A stretch of 64,000 nucleotides of DNA from assembly GCF_009914755.1 (NCBI RefSeq), contig NC_060935.1. One strand, written 5' to 3'. The notes below the pieces were generated by a model, which was not told the origin of the DNA, ran no database searches, and worked only from the letters and a program-made list of their open reading frames with translations. Within the stretch, counting starts at the first letter, position 1. Each line of letters begins with the position of its first letter. This DNA comes from the human T2T-CHM13v2.0 reference genome, Homo sapiens. The position numbers and the translations under genes are program-made. Of this stretch, positions 1 through 13,033 are shown piece by piece.

Positions 1-333
1 GTGACTAGCCCTCCCCCACCTGCCCAGCAATTTACTCTTAAAAAGGTGGCTGGAGCCAAAGGCATAGTCAAAGTTAATGCTCCTTTTTCTTTATCCCAAA
101 TCAGAAGCGTTTAGGCTCTTTTTCATCAAATATAAAAATCCAGCCCAGTTCATGGCTCGTTTGGCAGCAACCCTGAGATGCTTTACAGCCCTAGACCCTA
201 AAAGGTCAAAAGGCCGTCTTATTCTCAATATACATTTTATTACCCAATCTGCTCCCGACATTAAATAAAACTCCAAAAATTTGAATCTAGCCCTCAAACC
301 CCACAACAGGACTTAATTAACCTCACCTTCAAG

Positions 334-639
334 GTGTACAATAACAGAAAAAAGTTGCAATTCCTTGCCTCCACTGTGAGACAAACCCCAGCCACATCTC
401 CAGCACACAAGAACTTCCAAATGCCTGAACTGCAGCAGCCAGGTGTTTCTCCAGAACCTCCTCCCCCAGGAGCTTGCTACACGTGCCAGAAATCTGGCCA
501 CTGGGCCAAGGAATGCCGCAGCCCGGGATTCCTCCTAAGCCGCGTCCCATCTTTGTGGGACCCCACTGAAAATCGGACTGTTCAACTCACCTGGCAGCCA
601 CTCCCAGAGCCCCTGGAACTCTGGCCCAAGGCTCTCTGA
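334..639 (+). pseudogene. gag: HERV-H gag C-terminal remnant (nucleocapsid)
   Basis: CYTCQKSGHWAKEC zinc knuckle (CX2CX4HX4C) at 475-516. Confidence 0.88.
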
Positions 640-719
640 CTGACTCCCTCCCAGATCTTCTCGGCTTAGCAGCTGAAGACTGACACTGCCCGATCACCTT
701 GGAAGCCCCCTAGACCATC

Positions 720-974
720 ATGGATGCCGAGCTTCAGGTAACTCTCACAGTGGAAGGTAAGCCCATCCCCTTCTTAATCAATATGGAGGCTACCCACTCC
801 ACATTACCTTCTTTTCAAGGGCCTGCTTCCCTTGCCTCCATAACTGTTGTGGATATTGACGGCCAGGCTTCTAAACCTCTTAAAACTCCCCAACTCTGGT
901 GCCAACTTAGACAATACTCTTTTAAGCACTCCTTTTTAGTTATCCCCACCTGCCCAGTTCCCTTATTAGGCTGA
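720..974 (+). pseudogene. pro: HERV-H protease remnant
   Basis: VTLTVEGKPIPFLINMEATHS: active-site DTGA degenerated to NMEA; ends PTCPVPLLG then stop where GRD is expected. Confidence 0.85.
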
Positions 975-1127
975 GACACTTTAACTAAATTATCTGCTTC
1001 CCTGACTATTCCTGGACTACAGCTATATCTCATTGCCGCCCTTCTTCCCAATCCAAAGCCTCCTTTGCGTCCTCCTCTTGTATTCCCCCACCTTAACCCA
1101 CAAGTATAAGATACCTCTACTCCCTCC

Positions 1128-2900
1128 TTGGCGACCGATCATGCACCCCTTACCATCTCAGTAAAACCTAATCACCCTTACCCCACTCAACGCCAATATC
1201 CCATCCCGCAGCACGCTTTAAAAAGATTAAAGCCTGTTATCACTCGCCTGCTACAGCATGGCCTTTTAAAGCCTATAAACTCTCCTTACAATTCCCCCAT
1301 TTTACCTGTCCTAAAACCAGACAAGCCTTACAAGTTAGTTCAGGATCTGTGCCTTATCAACCAAATTGTTTTGCCTATCCACCCCATGGTGCCAAACCCA
1401 TATACTCTCCTATCCTCAATACCTCCCTCTACTACCCATTATTCTGTTCCAGATCTCAAACATGCTTTCTTTACTATTCCTTTGCACCCTTTATCCCAGC
1501 CTCTCTTCGCTTTTGCTTGGACTGACCCTGACACCCATCAAGCTCAGCAAATTACCTAGGCTGTACTACCACAAAGCTTCACAGACAGCTCCCATTACTT
1601 CAATCAAGCCCAAATTTCTTCCTCATCTGTTACCTATATCGGCATAATTCTCATAAAAACACATGCTCTCCTTGCCAATCGTGTCCGACTGATCTCTCAA
1701 ACCCCAGCTCCTTCTACAAAACAACAACTCCTTTCCTTAATAGGCATGGTTAGCGTGGTCAGAATTCTTACACAAGAGCCAGGACCACACTCTGTAGGCT
1801 TTCTGTCCAAACAACTTGACCTTACTGTTTTAGCCTAGCCCTCATGTCTGCGTGCAGCGGCTGCCGCTGCTTTAATACTTTTAGAGGCCCTCAAAATCAC
1901 AAACTATGCTCAACTCACTCTCTACAGTTCTTATAACTTCCAAAATCTATTTTCTTCCTCATACCTGACGCATATACTTTCTGCTCCCCAGCTCCTTCAG
2001 CTATACTCACTCTTTTTTGAGTCTCCCACAATTACCGTTGTTCCTGGCCCGGACTTCAGTCCGGCCTCCCACATTATTCCTGATACCACGCCTGACCCCC
2101 ACGACTGTATCTCTCTGATCCACCTGACATTCACCCCATTTCCCCAAATTTCCTTCTTTCCTGTTCCTCACCCTCATCAGGCTTGATTTATTGATGGCAG
2201 TTCCACCAGGCCTAATCGCCACATACCAGCAAAGGCAGGTTATACTATAGTACAAGCCACTAGCCCGCCTCTTAGAACCTCTCATTTCCTTTCTATCATG
2301 GAAATCTATCCTCAAGGAAATAACTTCTCAGTGTTCCATCTGCTGTTCTACTACTCCTCAGGGATTATTCAGGCCCCCTCCCTTCCCTACACATCAAGCT
2401 CAAGGATTTGCCCCACCCAGGACTGGCAAATTAGCTTTACTCAACATGCCCTGAGTCAGATAACTAAAATACCTCTTAGTCTAGGTAGATGCTTTCACTG
2501 GATAGGTAGAGGCCTTTCCTACAGGGTCTGAGAAGGCCACCGCAGTCATTTCTTCCATTCTGTCAGACATAATTCCTCAGTTTAGCCTTCCCACCTCAAT
2601 ACAGTCTGATAACAGATGAGCCTATTAGTCAAATCAGCCAAGCAGTTTTTCAGGCTCTTAGTATTCAGTGAAACCTTTATATCCCTTACAGTCCTCCATC
2701 TTCAAGAAAAGTAGAATGGACTAAAGGTCTTTTAAAAACACACCTCACCAAGCTCAGCCACCAACTTAAAAAGGACTGGACAATACTTTTACCACTTTCC
2801 CTTCTCAGAATTCAGGCCTGTCCTCTGAATGCTACAGGGTACAGCCCATTTAAGGTCCTGTATAGATGCTCCTTTTTATTAGGCCCCAGTCTCATTCCAG
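1128..2900 (+). pseudogene. pol: HERV-H pol remnant (RT start, RNase H and integrase fragments; stops and internal deletions)
   Basis: QYPIP, SPYNSPILPVLKPDKPYKLVQDL and DLKHAFFTIPLHP RT motifs; FIDGSS near 2187; QDWQISFT integrase motif near 2420. Confidence 0.88.
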
Positions 2901-3505
2901 ACACCAGACCAACTTAGACTGTGCCCCAAAAAACTTGTCATCCCTACTATCTTCTGTCTAGTCATACTCCTATTCACTGTTCTCAACTACTCATACATGC
3001 CCTGCTCTTGTTTACACTGCCGGTTTACACTGTTTTTCCAAGCCATCACAGCTGATATCTCCTGGTGCTATCCCCAAACTGCCACTCTTAACTCTTGAAG
3101 TAAATAAATAATCTTTGCTGGCAGGACTATGCTGAATCTCCTTAGGCACTCTCTAATCAGTTATCCTGAGTCGTCCCAACTCTTAGACCTTTTATACCTG
3201 TTTTTCTCCTTCTGTTATTCCATTTAGTTTCTCAATTCATCCAAAACCGTATCCAGGCCATCACGAATCATTCTATAAGACAAATGTTTCTTCTAACATC
3301 CCCACAATATCACCCCTTACCACAAGACCTCCCTTCAGCTTAATCTCTCCCACTCTAGGTTCCCAAGCTGCCCCTAATCCCGCTTGAAGCAGCCCTGAGA
3401 AACATCGCCCATTCTCTCTCCATACCGCCCCCCAAAAATTTTCGCCGCCCCAACACTTCAACACTATCTTGTTTTATTTTTCTTATTAATATAAGAAGGC
3501 AGGAA

Positions 3506-3958
3506 TGTCAGGCCTCTGAGCCCAAGCCAAGCCATCGCATCCCTTGTGACTTGCACCTATACGCCCAGATGGCCTGAAGTAACTGAAGAATCACAAAAGA
3601 AGTGAATATGCCCTGCCCCACCTTAACTGATGACATTCCACCACAAAAGAAGTGTAAATGGCTGGTCCTTGCCTTAACTGATGACATTACCTTGTGAAAG
3701 TCCTTTTCCTGGCTCATCCTGGCTCAAAAAGCACCCCCACTGAGCACCTTGCGACCCCCACTCCTGCCTGCCAGAGAACAAACTCCCTTTGACTGTAATT
3801 TTCCTTTACCTACCCAAATCCTATAAAACGGCCCCGCCCTTATCTCCCTTCGCTGACTCTCTTTGCGGACTCAGCCCGCCTGCACCCAGGTGAAATAAAC
3901 AGCCATGTTGCTCACACAAAGCCTGTTTGGTGGTCTCTTCACATGGATGTGCATGAAA
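3506..3958 (+). mobile_element. LTR7 (3' LTR of HERV-H), probably LTR7up-type
   Basis: Starts TGTCAGGCCTCTGAGCCCAAGC, ends GCATGAAA; repeated CCTTAACTGATGACATT; TATAAAA 3822-3828; AATAAA 3894-3899; ACAAAAGA at 3593-3600 and 3643-3650. Confidence 0.96.
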
Positions 3959-3974
3959 TCTATGTATCTACATT

Positions 3975-4376
3975 TTTTAATGTTTTGGTATAATCTGTTT
4001 TTTAAAAAATTCATATGTAACAGATGTAACATATTTTGAGGATACATGTGATATTTTGATACATTCATATAATGTGTAATAATCAAATCGTGATAATTGG
4101 GATATCCATCACCTTAAACATTTTTCTTTATGCTGGAAATGCTTATTCTCTATTACCTATTTTAAAATTTAATATAGATTACTGTTTACTATAGTAATTC
4201 TATTGATCCATTGTACACTAGATCTTATTCCTTTTATCTAACTGTATTTTCGTATCCATTAATCAACCTCTCTTTATCCTCTTCTCTCCCTTACCTTTCC
4301 TGGCCTGTGGTAACCACCAATATACTCCCCATCTTCATGAGATCTACTTTCCTAGCTCCTGCATAGGAATGAGAAC
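3975..4376 (-). mobile_element. L1MA-type LINE-1 3' UTR fragment
   Basis: TACATGTGATATTTTGATAC and GGTAACCACCAAT...GAGATCTACTTT motifs typical of antisense L1MA 3' ends. Confidence 0.75.
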
Positions 4377-5339
4377 TGCTATGTATATATTTTGTACGTA
4401 TGTATCATCTACTTATTTTGGTGTTTGAGGAACTCCTTTATGGTTTTGCTAGTTCAGATCTATATTTACAAGTATTTTTTGAATCAGATTTTATTATGTA
4501 TTTATACTTTTTATGTACTGAGAATTTTTTCAGGGAATGTAGTCTCTAATACTACCTCAAGTAGAAATATTTGTTAAATAGTTAATTATTGTTTTTGCAT
4601 ATATTTACCACTTTTCAAACACAAGAATTATTTCTATGTTACATACCATGATGTACCTCTCATATGTATCATTTGTATTTCATTGCCTTTCTTCCCTTTT
4701 CCATTATCCTTTTGCATGACTTGCTTAACCTTGTTATCCATCTTATTACTTTTCTACAGTGATTTTTCAGATTCCTTCCTTTGTCCCATTTGGCATATTT
4801 TCTTTGTGATGCCCATTTGCCTTTCTCTCAAACTGTTGTATACAATCTCATCATGCATTTCTTTTCTTAAAAGTGAAATGTGCATTTTCTTATATGTTGT
4901 TGCCAAAAAATGACTGTAGGTTGATACCTCTTGGGTATCATTAGTCTTTACTTTGGCATCTTTTAAACCTTTGCTTTGGAACATAAGCTAAAAGCATGTT
5001 TATATTAACCATTTGGTCACCACTGACAACCTAAGAGAAGGACTGGGAGCTGATGCCATGAGATGTTATTGCTGTAGAGCTTTGTTTTTATAGGCCTATA
5101 TTTGTATTTATTAATATACTTGTTTTAATGCTGTGTCTGGGTACATGCTCCACTAAAGTGGAGGATTATTCTATTCCACTGAGAAAATACATTATGGCTC
5201 TTTATTGTTGTTATTCATGGTGTCCTGGCCATTTTAGAGAATTTCTTATGAGGACACAGGCAGTCTTTAGACTTCTTCTTTTGTGAACATGGGTGACACT
5301 GCTAGTTGTTTCCTTAATATTTATTTAGTCATTTATTCT

Positions 5340-5900
5340 CACTGATGGAAGCTCAATTCTGTCTAGAGTGGCAATGCGTCCAGGCAAAACATCCTGTCTC
5401 TCAGTGTTACTTGTCTCCATATGCCATATTCGATTGGATCATAAGCCATATTTTTAAATGCATGGCATAGTTTATTAACAACAGTTTCGTGTGATTGAGC
5501 CAAGAATTTTTGGCCACGAAGATGGAAATCACTGGGTGCAGCAAATCACTGGGTGGAGATTCTGTGAAGGCTGTTTTAAAGGAGCTGTATATTTCTGGTT
5601 TGATTTTTCAACCTTCTGTCCTTTGCCCTTCTCCTTCATTTCATTTTCTGTGATCTTCAACCCAATGACTAGCATTAAAACAGCCATCTTATAAATAAAG
5701 CCTGAAAGATGCATCTGAATGAGAGCAGAGTAAGGACAGAATAAGTCCTTGATAACCTATTTAAGCAATTGCACCATCCATAGACTGCACACTTTTGGAT
5801 ATGTTGTTATATGAAAAACAAATAGGTCCTTATTTAGTTATGTCAGCCCCTACCCCTCTACCATCCTAATCATTGCTTTTTCTGATGAGTACTCATAACT
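5340..5900 (+). mobile_element. Old MaLR LTR (MLT1J/K/L-like), highly diverged
   Basis: Weak resemblance to MLT1 motifs near 5690-5850; edges approximate. Confidence 0.4.
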
Positions 5901-6414
5901 AAGAAAATGGCTCCAAATAAATTGGTCCTAGCTTCTTATATATTTGTAATTTCCAAATAAATTGGGCATAGTCTCCCTTACCTTAAGTCTTCAGCAATCC
6001 AGATGAAGAAACAGTAGAATTCATTCTTGTACTGAAGTAAACTTGCAATACTATTTCACATGCTCAGAGAAGAGTAATGAGGAAAGGCTACTCTTTTTTC
6101 TTTCTCTAGACACACAAGAATGGTTTTTACATGTAGTGATTGGCGTGGAGGAAAAGACCCCAACTACAGCTGCTTATGCTCCAAGCTATTGCCTATTTAA
6201 ATCGAGGGATATTAGAAAATATTATTCAGATTTGTTTCACTTACTTCCAGCAACACTTCACTCCTGCCTTTGGGAGGGGAGTTTTATGTTGGGTCTCTAT
6301 GTCCCAAGCCTAACCTAGAACATTATAGATGTGTTTGCAGATCAGTGGGCTGTGTTATGCAGGCAGCTTGCTGTGCTCCTGAATTTTAGGGTCAAGGATA
6401 TGGTAATGGTAATT

Positions 6415-6620
6415 GCTACTTGTCATTAAGTTCCTACCATGTTCTAGCTACTGTTCTCAGCACTTGACATGTGTTAACTCACTTAATTCTTATACAGTAG
6501 ATAGGTTCTATTATTAATACTCTCACTTTCCAGGGGAGGCAACTGAGACTGTGAGAGATTGAATCATTTGCCCAATGTCACCTGGTTAGAATGGGGCAGA
6601 GTGGGGATGGGACTCTCACA
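6415..6620 (-). mobile_element. MIR SINE
   Basis: GAGGCAACTGAGACTGTGAGAGATTGAATCATTTGCCCAATGTCAC matches the antisense MIR core. Confidence 0.75.
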
Positions 6621-7019
6621 GATGGACTCCATAGTCTGTACCATGACTTCTTAGCTGCTTTTCCTGGACCTTGTATACAGATGTCTCCCTGGAATTCTAA
6701 ACCTCATAAGGAAAGAAGCTGTGCTGGGAAAGACAGGAAGGAAGCACAGAGAAAAGCAAATGAACACAAACTGTTGGAGAGGAAAAGCCACTATTGAAGA
6801 GGCTGCCAGGAAATATGAGAGACTTTCCCTACCCCGATGCTATGATTTTTGTCCTAGTTTGAACTGTACCCAGAAATAAAATTGTCCTCTTCATTTTTAC
6901 TTCTCTGAAATCTTTCATGTTCACGGGAAGATGTGTGAAAGTTTTCTCTTCTACTGCCATCCTTTCACAAACCCTAAGGCTCTTCTCTGAGGCTTGGTCC
7001 ACTATGGCATCCATAGAGC

Positions 7020-7175
7020 TGCTTGGTGCAGTAGAAAGTTGGTTCTCAAAATCAGACAGGCTTGGATTTGTATTCCTCTTCAGCTATTACTAACCCGTGT
7101 GATCTGTGTGATCTGTACAAGTCACTTAACTCTTGGGGGCCTTAGTCTCTTTGTTCATCAAATGGGAATACTAAT
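7020..7175 (+). mobile_element. MIR SINE (followed by an antisense L2 3' fragment at ~7190-7390)
   Basis: CAAGTCACTTAACTCTT...TCATCAAATGGGAATA MIR core; TTCATTAAGTCAACCAATATCTATTGATTACCTACT L2 tail. Confidence 0.65.
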
Positions 7176-8789
7176 TGTTAGGAAATTGGCTTATTCATTA
7201 AGTCAACCAATATCTATTGATTACCTACTTTGTGCTAGTCACTGGTAGATAATGTTTTGGCAAAAATAAATAATAAGTAATATTTGATCTTGCACTCAAT
7301 AAACTTAAAATCCAGTAGAGAAGATAGGCATGTAAGAGATAATCAGCACTCCTGGTATAAATGCTATGATTAGTGTAAATACAGGCTGTTGTGTTGAGAA
7401 TTATAGAGCTCTTGTCACATAAAAGGCACTCAGCAATGTAAGTGCTTGTTCATTTCTTCCATTCTTCCCCTTATTCTAAAGGATCCTGCTGCTGCCAAGC
7501 CTTCCCCACATATGTGCAGTTTCATTTCAGAAGCTTTACTCTATCCCAGGACGTCTTTTTACTTTTAATGTGCAGTGTGGCTCTGAGAGGATACTGTTTA
7601 ACTACCTCTCAAAGCCAAATAGGGCGATTTGTGACACGTGTAGTTTGCACCTTGGGCATCTATTATTCACATCAATATTTGTGTGCCATTTAATACATTA
7701 AACTTAAATTTCTACTAAAAGAAAAATAACTGAGAATTTAAGAGAGAGATATAAAAAGAAAACCTTAAAATGTTGAGAAAATAAAATGTTTGGGGTTTTT
7801 ACCTTCTTAACTATTTGCATGTTATAATTACAGAATTACCTACTATGGTTTTGGTTGGCTGTGTCCCAATAACCCCATTCCAGTTTTAAATGTGAAAGTA
7901 CAATTAGTTTTTCCTAGAGTTGGTAATAGAGTTTGACACTTCTGGGTTCTTGACTTGTGTGTTAGAGCCAAACCATATGCGCTAGTAATACAGATAAATA
8001 CACATTGCCTCATGCATACTTTTAAATCAGTATGAAGCTAGTCTAAAATTTAGGAAGTTACCATATAGATCAAGGAGAAAATATGTATTTTTTTCTATCT
8101 CCCTTTAGATGAGCCTTGATTCTGCAGAACTACCAGGCTTAGATGGTGTGTGGGGCTCAGTAGATTTAGTTTTAAAGCTTATTAAGGGGGATTGCTAAAT
8201 TCTTTTAGCTTCCAAAATAAAAGGAGGTAAATATTATTGGAAGAATTAAATATGTAGGTAGACTAGGAGAGAATGAAGAAAGTTTTCAGGGCCACATTAA
8301 ATTTTAAGTAAGTTTTTCCAAAATGAGTTGTAGGCTGTCTAGCAAGGTGACTGGAAAACTCCTTTCCTCTAAATTGACAAGTACTGCTGCTGATCAGTTT
8401 ATATTGGTAATTATCTTTAGAAATGTTAGCTGTGGAGGCATTTTATATGAGAACATCCACATTTACCTATTACTTTGGTAACTCTGAAATGACAAGAAAG
8501 AATATTCATAGGCTTTTCTTATAATCCAGTAGGAGCTCCAAACATACAAACCCATAGAGCAGCAGCATTGCAGATCAATAAGGACTAGAGATCTGCAATA
8601 GGTTTTCAAAACTCACTATAAAAAAAAACAAGCTTTTGTGCCTTGGGAGTATTTCACAATAATTAGAGTATTAATCTTAAATTCACAGTGCAGATAAACT
8701 ACTTAGAGGATGGTATAGCAATGGCACAAGCTATTTCCACATTCAGTTTGTGAAATATCTTTAAGCAAAAATCCTATTAATATGCTGTA

Positions 8790-9130
<341 letters not shown>

Positions 9131-9448
9131 TCACTTTGCCAAAACCCGTTATCAAGATTTACTTACCATGATATCAGCAAGGGAGAGGGAGGCAGTTATA
9201 TTAAATAATAATTAAAACCCATCTCAAATTACCCACAAATATTTAGGATTTTATTTAATTGAACCCAAGATGAAAACAAAACTAATAAATGGCAAAGTTT
9301 ATTATGCAACTTCTGATTAATAGAATAGTGCAAAGATTGCTCAGGAAACCAAGGAAGATTTAAACACACACATTTATATATGTAATATGAGTAATATATG
9401 CATATCTGCATTATTTTGTTTTTTTAAAATATAAGATAGATGGGTAAT

Positions 9449-9573
9449 GGCTAGGTGTGGTGGTGTGCACATGTAGTCCCAGTTACTCAATAGGCTGAGG
9501 TGGGAGGATTGCTCGAGCCCAAGAGTTTAAGACTAGCCTGGGTAACACAGTGAGACCCTGTCTGAAAAGAAAA
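9449..9573 (+). mobile_element. Free Alu monomer (FLAM-like)
   Basis: Single ~125-bp monomer with GGAGGATTGCTCGAGCCCAAGAGTT and short A tail. Confidence 0.85.
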
Positions 9574-9653
9574 GGTAGATAGGTATAGCTATAGGTGGGT
9601 GTGTGCATGTGTGTATGTCTGTACATTTCACATATTATGTTATTTTTAAAGTC

Positions 9654-9657
<4 letters not shown>

Positions 9658-9692
<35 letters not shown>

Positions 9693-9924
9693 AGATGGAG
9701 TTTCACTCTGTCACCCAGACTGGAGTGCAGTGGTACCATCTTGGCTCACTGCAACCTCCGCCTCCAAGGTTCAAGCTGAGTCTCCTGCCTCAGCCTCCCG
9801 AGCCCGAGTAGCTGGGATTACAGGGTCGTGCCACCACACCTGGCTGATTTTTGTATTTTTAGCAGAGATGGGGTTTCACCATGTTGGCCAGGCTGGTCTA
9901 GAACTCCTTACCTCAGGTGATCCT
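9658..9924 (-). mobile_element. AluS, 5'-truncated
   Basis: Poly-T 9658-9691, then antisense Alu ending at CTCAGGTGATCCT; small internal duplication CCCGAGCCCGAG. Confidence 0.93.
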
Positions 9925-10089
9925 ACTTCTTTGAACTTGGCTCATGGAATTCTATATTCTTTTTTCCTGTGAATTCCATTTCATCCCTTACAGCTTAAAA
10001 CTGGGATATAATATAAAAGCGTTAAACTTCTCTGCTTGGCTTAGAAAATTGCACAGTGATAGTCACAGTATTGGACCCCATAAAGTATG

Positions 10090-10481
10090 ATGTTCCTGTG
10101 AAAGATAAGAGGGGAGGCAGCAAGAGTAGTGGGCAAGGAGAACGCTTCAGATTACAATATAGGTCTGGAACCTGAAAGGATAATGGGAAGGAAGTGCTGA
10201 GTAAGAAGAACCCCTTATTGGAGATTAGTTCTGAGAAAGTTTCGGACAGACATATGAGAAGCCCCTGAGCCAGATTTTCACCCTGCACTGGGTAGCTATG
10301 CCTTTTTCTAGCCCCTGCTGTGCTTAGTCATAGGCTAGGAGATGCCTGGAAGAAGCACAAACTGGGGTGAATGCTGTCATGGATCTACAGTTATGGCAGC
10401 TGAAGCCTGTCAGTCAATCATAGTCCCAGCAGCAGATTCCCTCGAGGGAGACCTGACCAGGGCACCTCCATCGATGACACA
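10090..10481 (-). mobile_element. LTR16-like (ERVL) LTR
   Basis: Reverse complement begins TGTGTCATCGATGGAGGTGCCCTGGTCAGGTCTCCCTCGAGGGAATCTGCTGC, resembling the LTR16 5' end. Confidence 0.6.
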
Positions 10482-10530
10482 CGCACATGACTCTTGGCTC
10501 AACAGAAAATTCTTTTAAATTCTGTGCTCT

Positions 10531-10845
10531 GACTAGGCATGGTGGCTCATGCCTGCAACCCCAGTACTTTGGGAGGCCAAGATGGGAAAATCACTTGAGG
10601 CCAGGAGTTAAAGACCAACCTGGGGAAAGTAACAAGGCCCCATTTCTACAACAACAACAACAAATTAGCTGGGAGTGGTGGCACACACCTGTAGTTTTAG
10701 TTACTAAGGAGGCTGAGGTGGGAAGATCGCTTACACCCAGGTGTTGGAGGCTGCAGTGATCTGTGATTGCATGTGCCACTGCGCTCCTGCACTCTAGCCT
10801 GGGTGGCAGAGCAAGATCCTGTCTTTAAATGAAACAAAACAAAAA
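10531..10845 (+). mobile_element. AluJ
   Basis: Diverged dimer with GGAAGATCGCTT and GAGGCTGCAGTG J-type positions; (CAA)n linker; AAATTCTGT on both flanks. Confidence 0.92.
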
Positions 10846-12074
10846 TTCTGTAATTTCTCTGCTCTGATAAGAAGTAAGTTTTTCTCCAGCAGCGATTTGG
10901 GAAGATTGATCTCTATCATGATTGTTTCAACGCCCTCCTACTTCAAACCTCCTCTTCTAATTGCTTCCTACCAACTACACATTCTTCTGTATTTTACGCA
11001 CAGAGAGTAGAGACAGACTCTTGAAGCAGGCTTTAATACAGAGAAACATCTGTAACATAAATTGCCCTAAAGTGGAATTAAAGTCTTTCTGTAGGCAATA
11101 TAATAAGGTTTGGTAGTTGAAAGATTCAAGGGATATCTTTCTGAAATGGCCTCACTTGTAAGAATACACTACAGCAAGAATCTCTAGAACCAGTGTGGTA
11201 TAAGCCATAGGCAACTGCCAAGGTTTTTACTACAGGGTGGCAAATTCAGACTTGCCATGTTTGAAATATCATATTTGGTTGGGGATTAGATATTTATCTA
11301 TGGCTGCTCAGTAGTTTGTTATCCTGAGGAACTTAGCATGGGCAGCAGCATATTATTGATTTTGGAAAACAGGAAGGATTGAAAGAAGCTGTGTGGATTA
11401 TTATGGGAAAAGCTGTTGGCAGGTGTGTGTCCTGAATAAATGAACAACTTGATAATTCCACACCTGGAACCCAAAGAGAAAAAATGTGGATGGTGACCTG
11501 CTGGCGTGGAGGTTGTTCGCTGGAGTGGTTTTGGATGAGCCTGCAGATGGTTCCTACTTCCTTGTTCTGAGTTCATTGGCAGAAGGGATGTGCCTCACAG
11601 ACCATGGCACTGCTCTAAATTATATTGCTAATCTCTTCCAACTCTGCATGGATTTGTATCTGAATTATATTTTCTTCCCCTCTAGATTGGTTTGTTTTCA
11701 TGACATCTATTATTTGGCAAGAAATTATGCAGCAATAATCCTAACTCATTCTTAGAGAGATGGCTTAAAAAGCCTTTAGTAGAATAAAAAGGTTTGGATA
11801 AAAGGTTATTCTTATTGAGGAACTACTATGGGACAGAATCTATAGAAGGTGCAGAATTAGGGATAAATAAAATGTGTGCATACCTTTGGGAAACACAGCT
11901 TGAAGACAATTATGCAACAGCTAACTATCAACTAGGTTGGTAAGCGACGGTTTCTATTTCCTGAAGTGAATCCTGACTGATACAGAGTCCAAGGTGCTTA
12001 TACCACATCACTGCTTAAAATTTTTCAGGCTCCTCATTGTTTTCAAAAAAGGGCAAATTTCTTTGCCTAGAAAT

Positions 12075-12270
12075 ATTAGCTAACATATGTTGATTGCTTA
12101 CCATGTGAAGGGAACTATTCTAAGTGTATATACATTAATTCATTTTAACATACAAAAGAATCTGGAAGTGGGTTCTTTACAGAGAAATGAAATGAGGCAT
12201 AGGGAGATTAAGTATCATTTCCAAGATAAAACAGTGAATGTTAGAGTTAGGACACAATCTAAGAAGTACA
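12075..12270 (-). mobile_element. MIR SINE
   Basis: TTTACAGAGAAATGAAATGAGGCATAGGGAGATTAAGTATCATTTCCAAG core. Confidence 0.65.
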
Positions 12271-12769
12271 GCTTCAAAGCTGTAATTGACCCATTAATTT
12301 ATATTGCAAAAGGGTCACCATTCTTGTGAAGAATTAGAACCATCTCTATCCTGGACCCCATTGTATATTCCTCCAGTCATACTGACTCCCTGTCATGTTG
12401 TTTCACACATTTGTGCTTTTGTACAAACTATTCTTTCCCTCAGCTGTAATTCAATAATTATTTACTTAGTTCTTGTTCTATGCCATGGCATTTCAAGATA
12501 TTGGAAGTTCTGACACCTATTAAAATAAAAATACAGTCCTATCTTTTATGTAGGTTATAGACTACTGGGACTTGAAAACAAAGAGACACATAGAAATATA
12601 CTTCTAGAAGGATGGGTGGAAGCAAATAAAGAAGAAGTTACAATTATACTGTTATCACAGGAATTGAAAAGTGTTGCAAAAACACACATGGGGGGCACAA
12701 TTTGAGCTTGAAGGATTAGGAAAGGCTGACGGTCTAAACAGATAGCTGAGTGCCTGGTATTTTCAACAT

Positions 12770-13033
12770 CTTCTCTGCATGGCTGATTCTTAGTCATCTA
12801 TCATGGCTGTTTCTTCTTTGAGAATTTCCCCCAATCTTATTAACGCCCCTTGAGGAATGTGGACAGAAAATGCCATGTTATTTTTCGCTGTTATTGTTTT
12901 TTATTGCTTTTCTCCCACTAAACTGAAAGCTCTTTGAGGAAAGAACTTATTACTTGCTTATATTTGTGCCCACTGTATCTATTACAGTGCTGGCTTAGCA
13001 TATGTCCTCTATAAATATTTGTTAAATGAATGA
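12770..13033 (+). mobile_element. L2 3' end
   Basis: CTCCCACTAAACTGAAAGCTCTTTGAGG...ATAAATATTTGTTAAATGAATGA canonical L2 terminus. Confidence 0.75.

Larger units (their letters stand above)
1..3505 (+). mobile_element. HERV-H internal region (decayed gag-pro-pol-env); 5' LTR lies outside the window
   Basis: C-rich HERV-H-like sequence with Gag CCHC knuckle, protease-like and RT-like frames; polypurine tract AAGAAGGCAGGAA (3493-3505) directly before LTR7. Confidence 0.96.

Noticed and set aside
8567-8599. 10-bp inverted repeat ATTGCAGATC...GATCTGCAAT as a small RNA hairpin
   Set aside because: Too short for a pre-miRNA and has no supporting features.
11480-11760. SLAEGMCLTDHGTALNYI as an env immunosuppressive-domain remnant
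   Set aside because: Similarity is too weak to call without a profile search.
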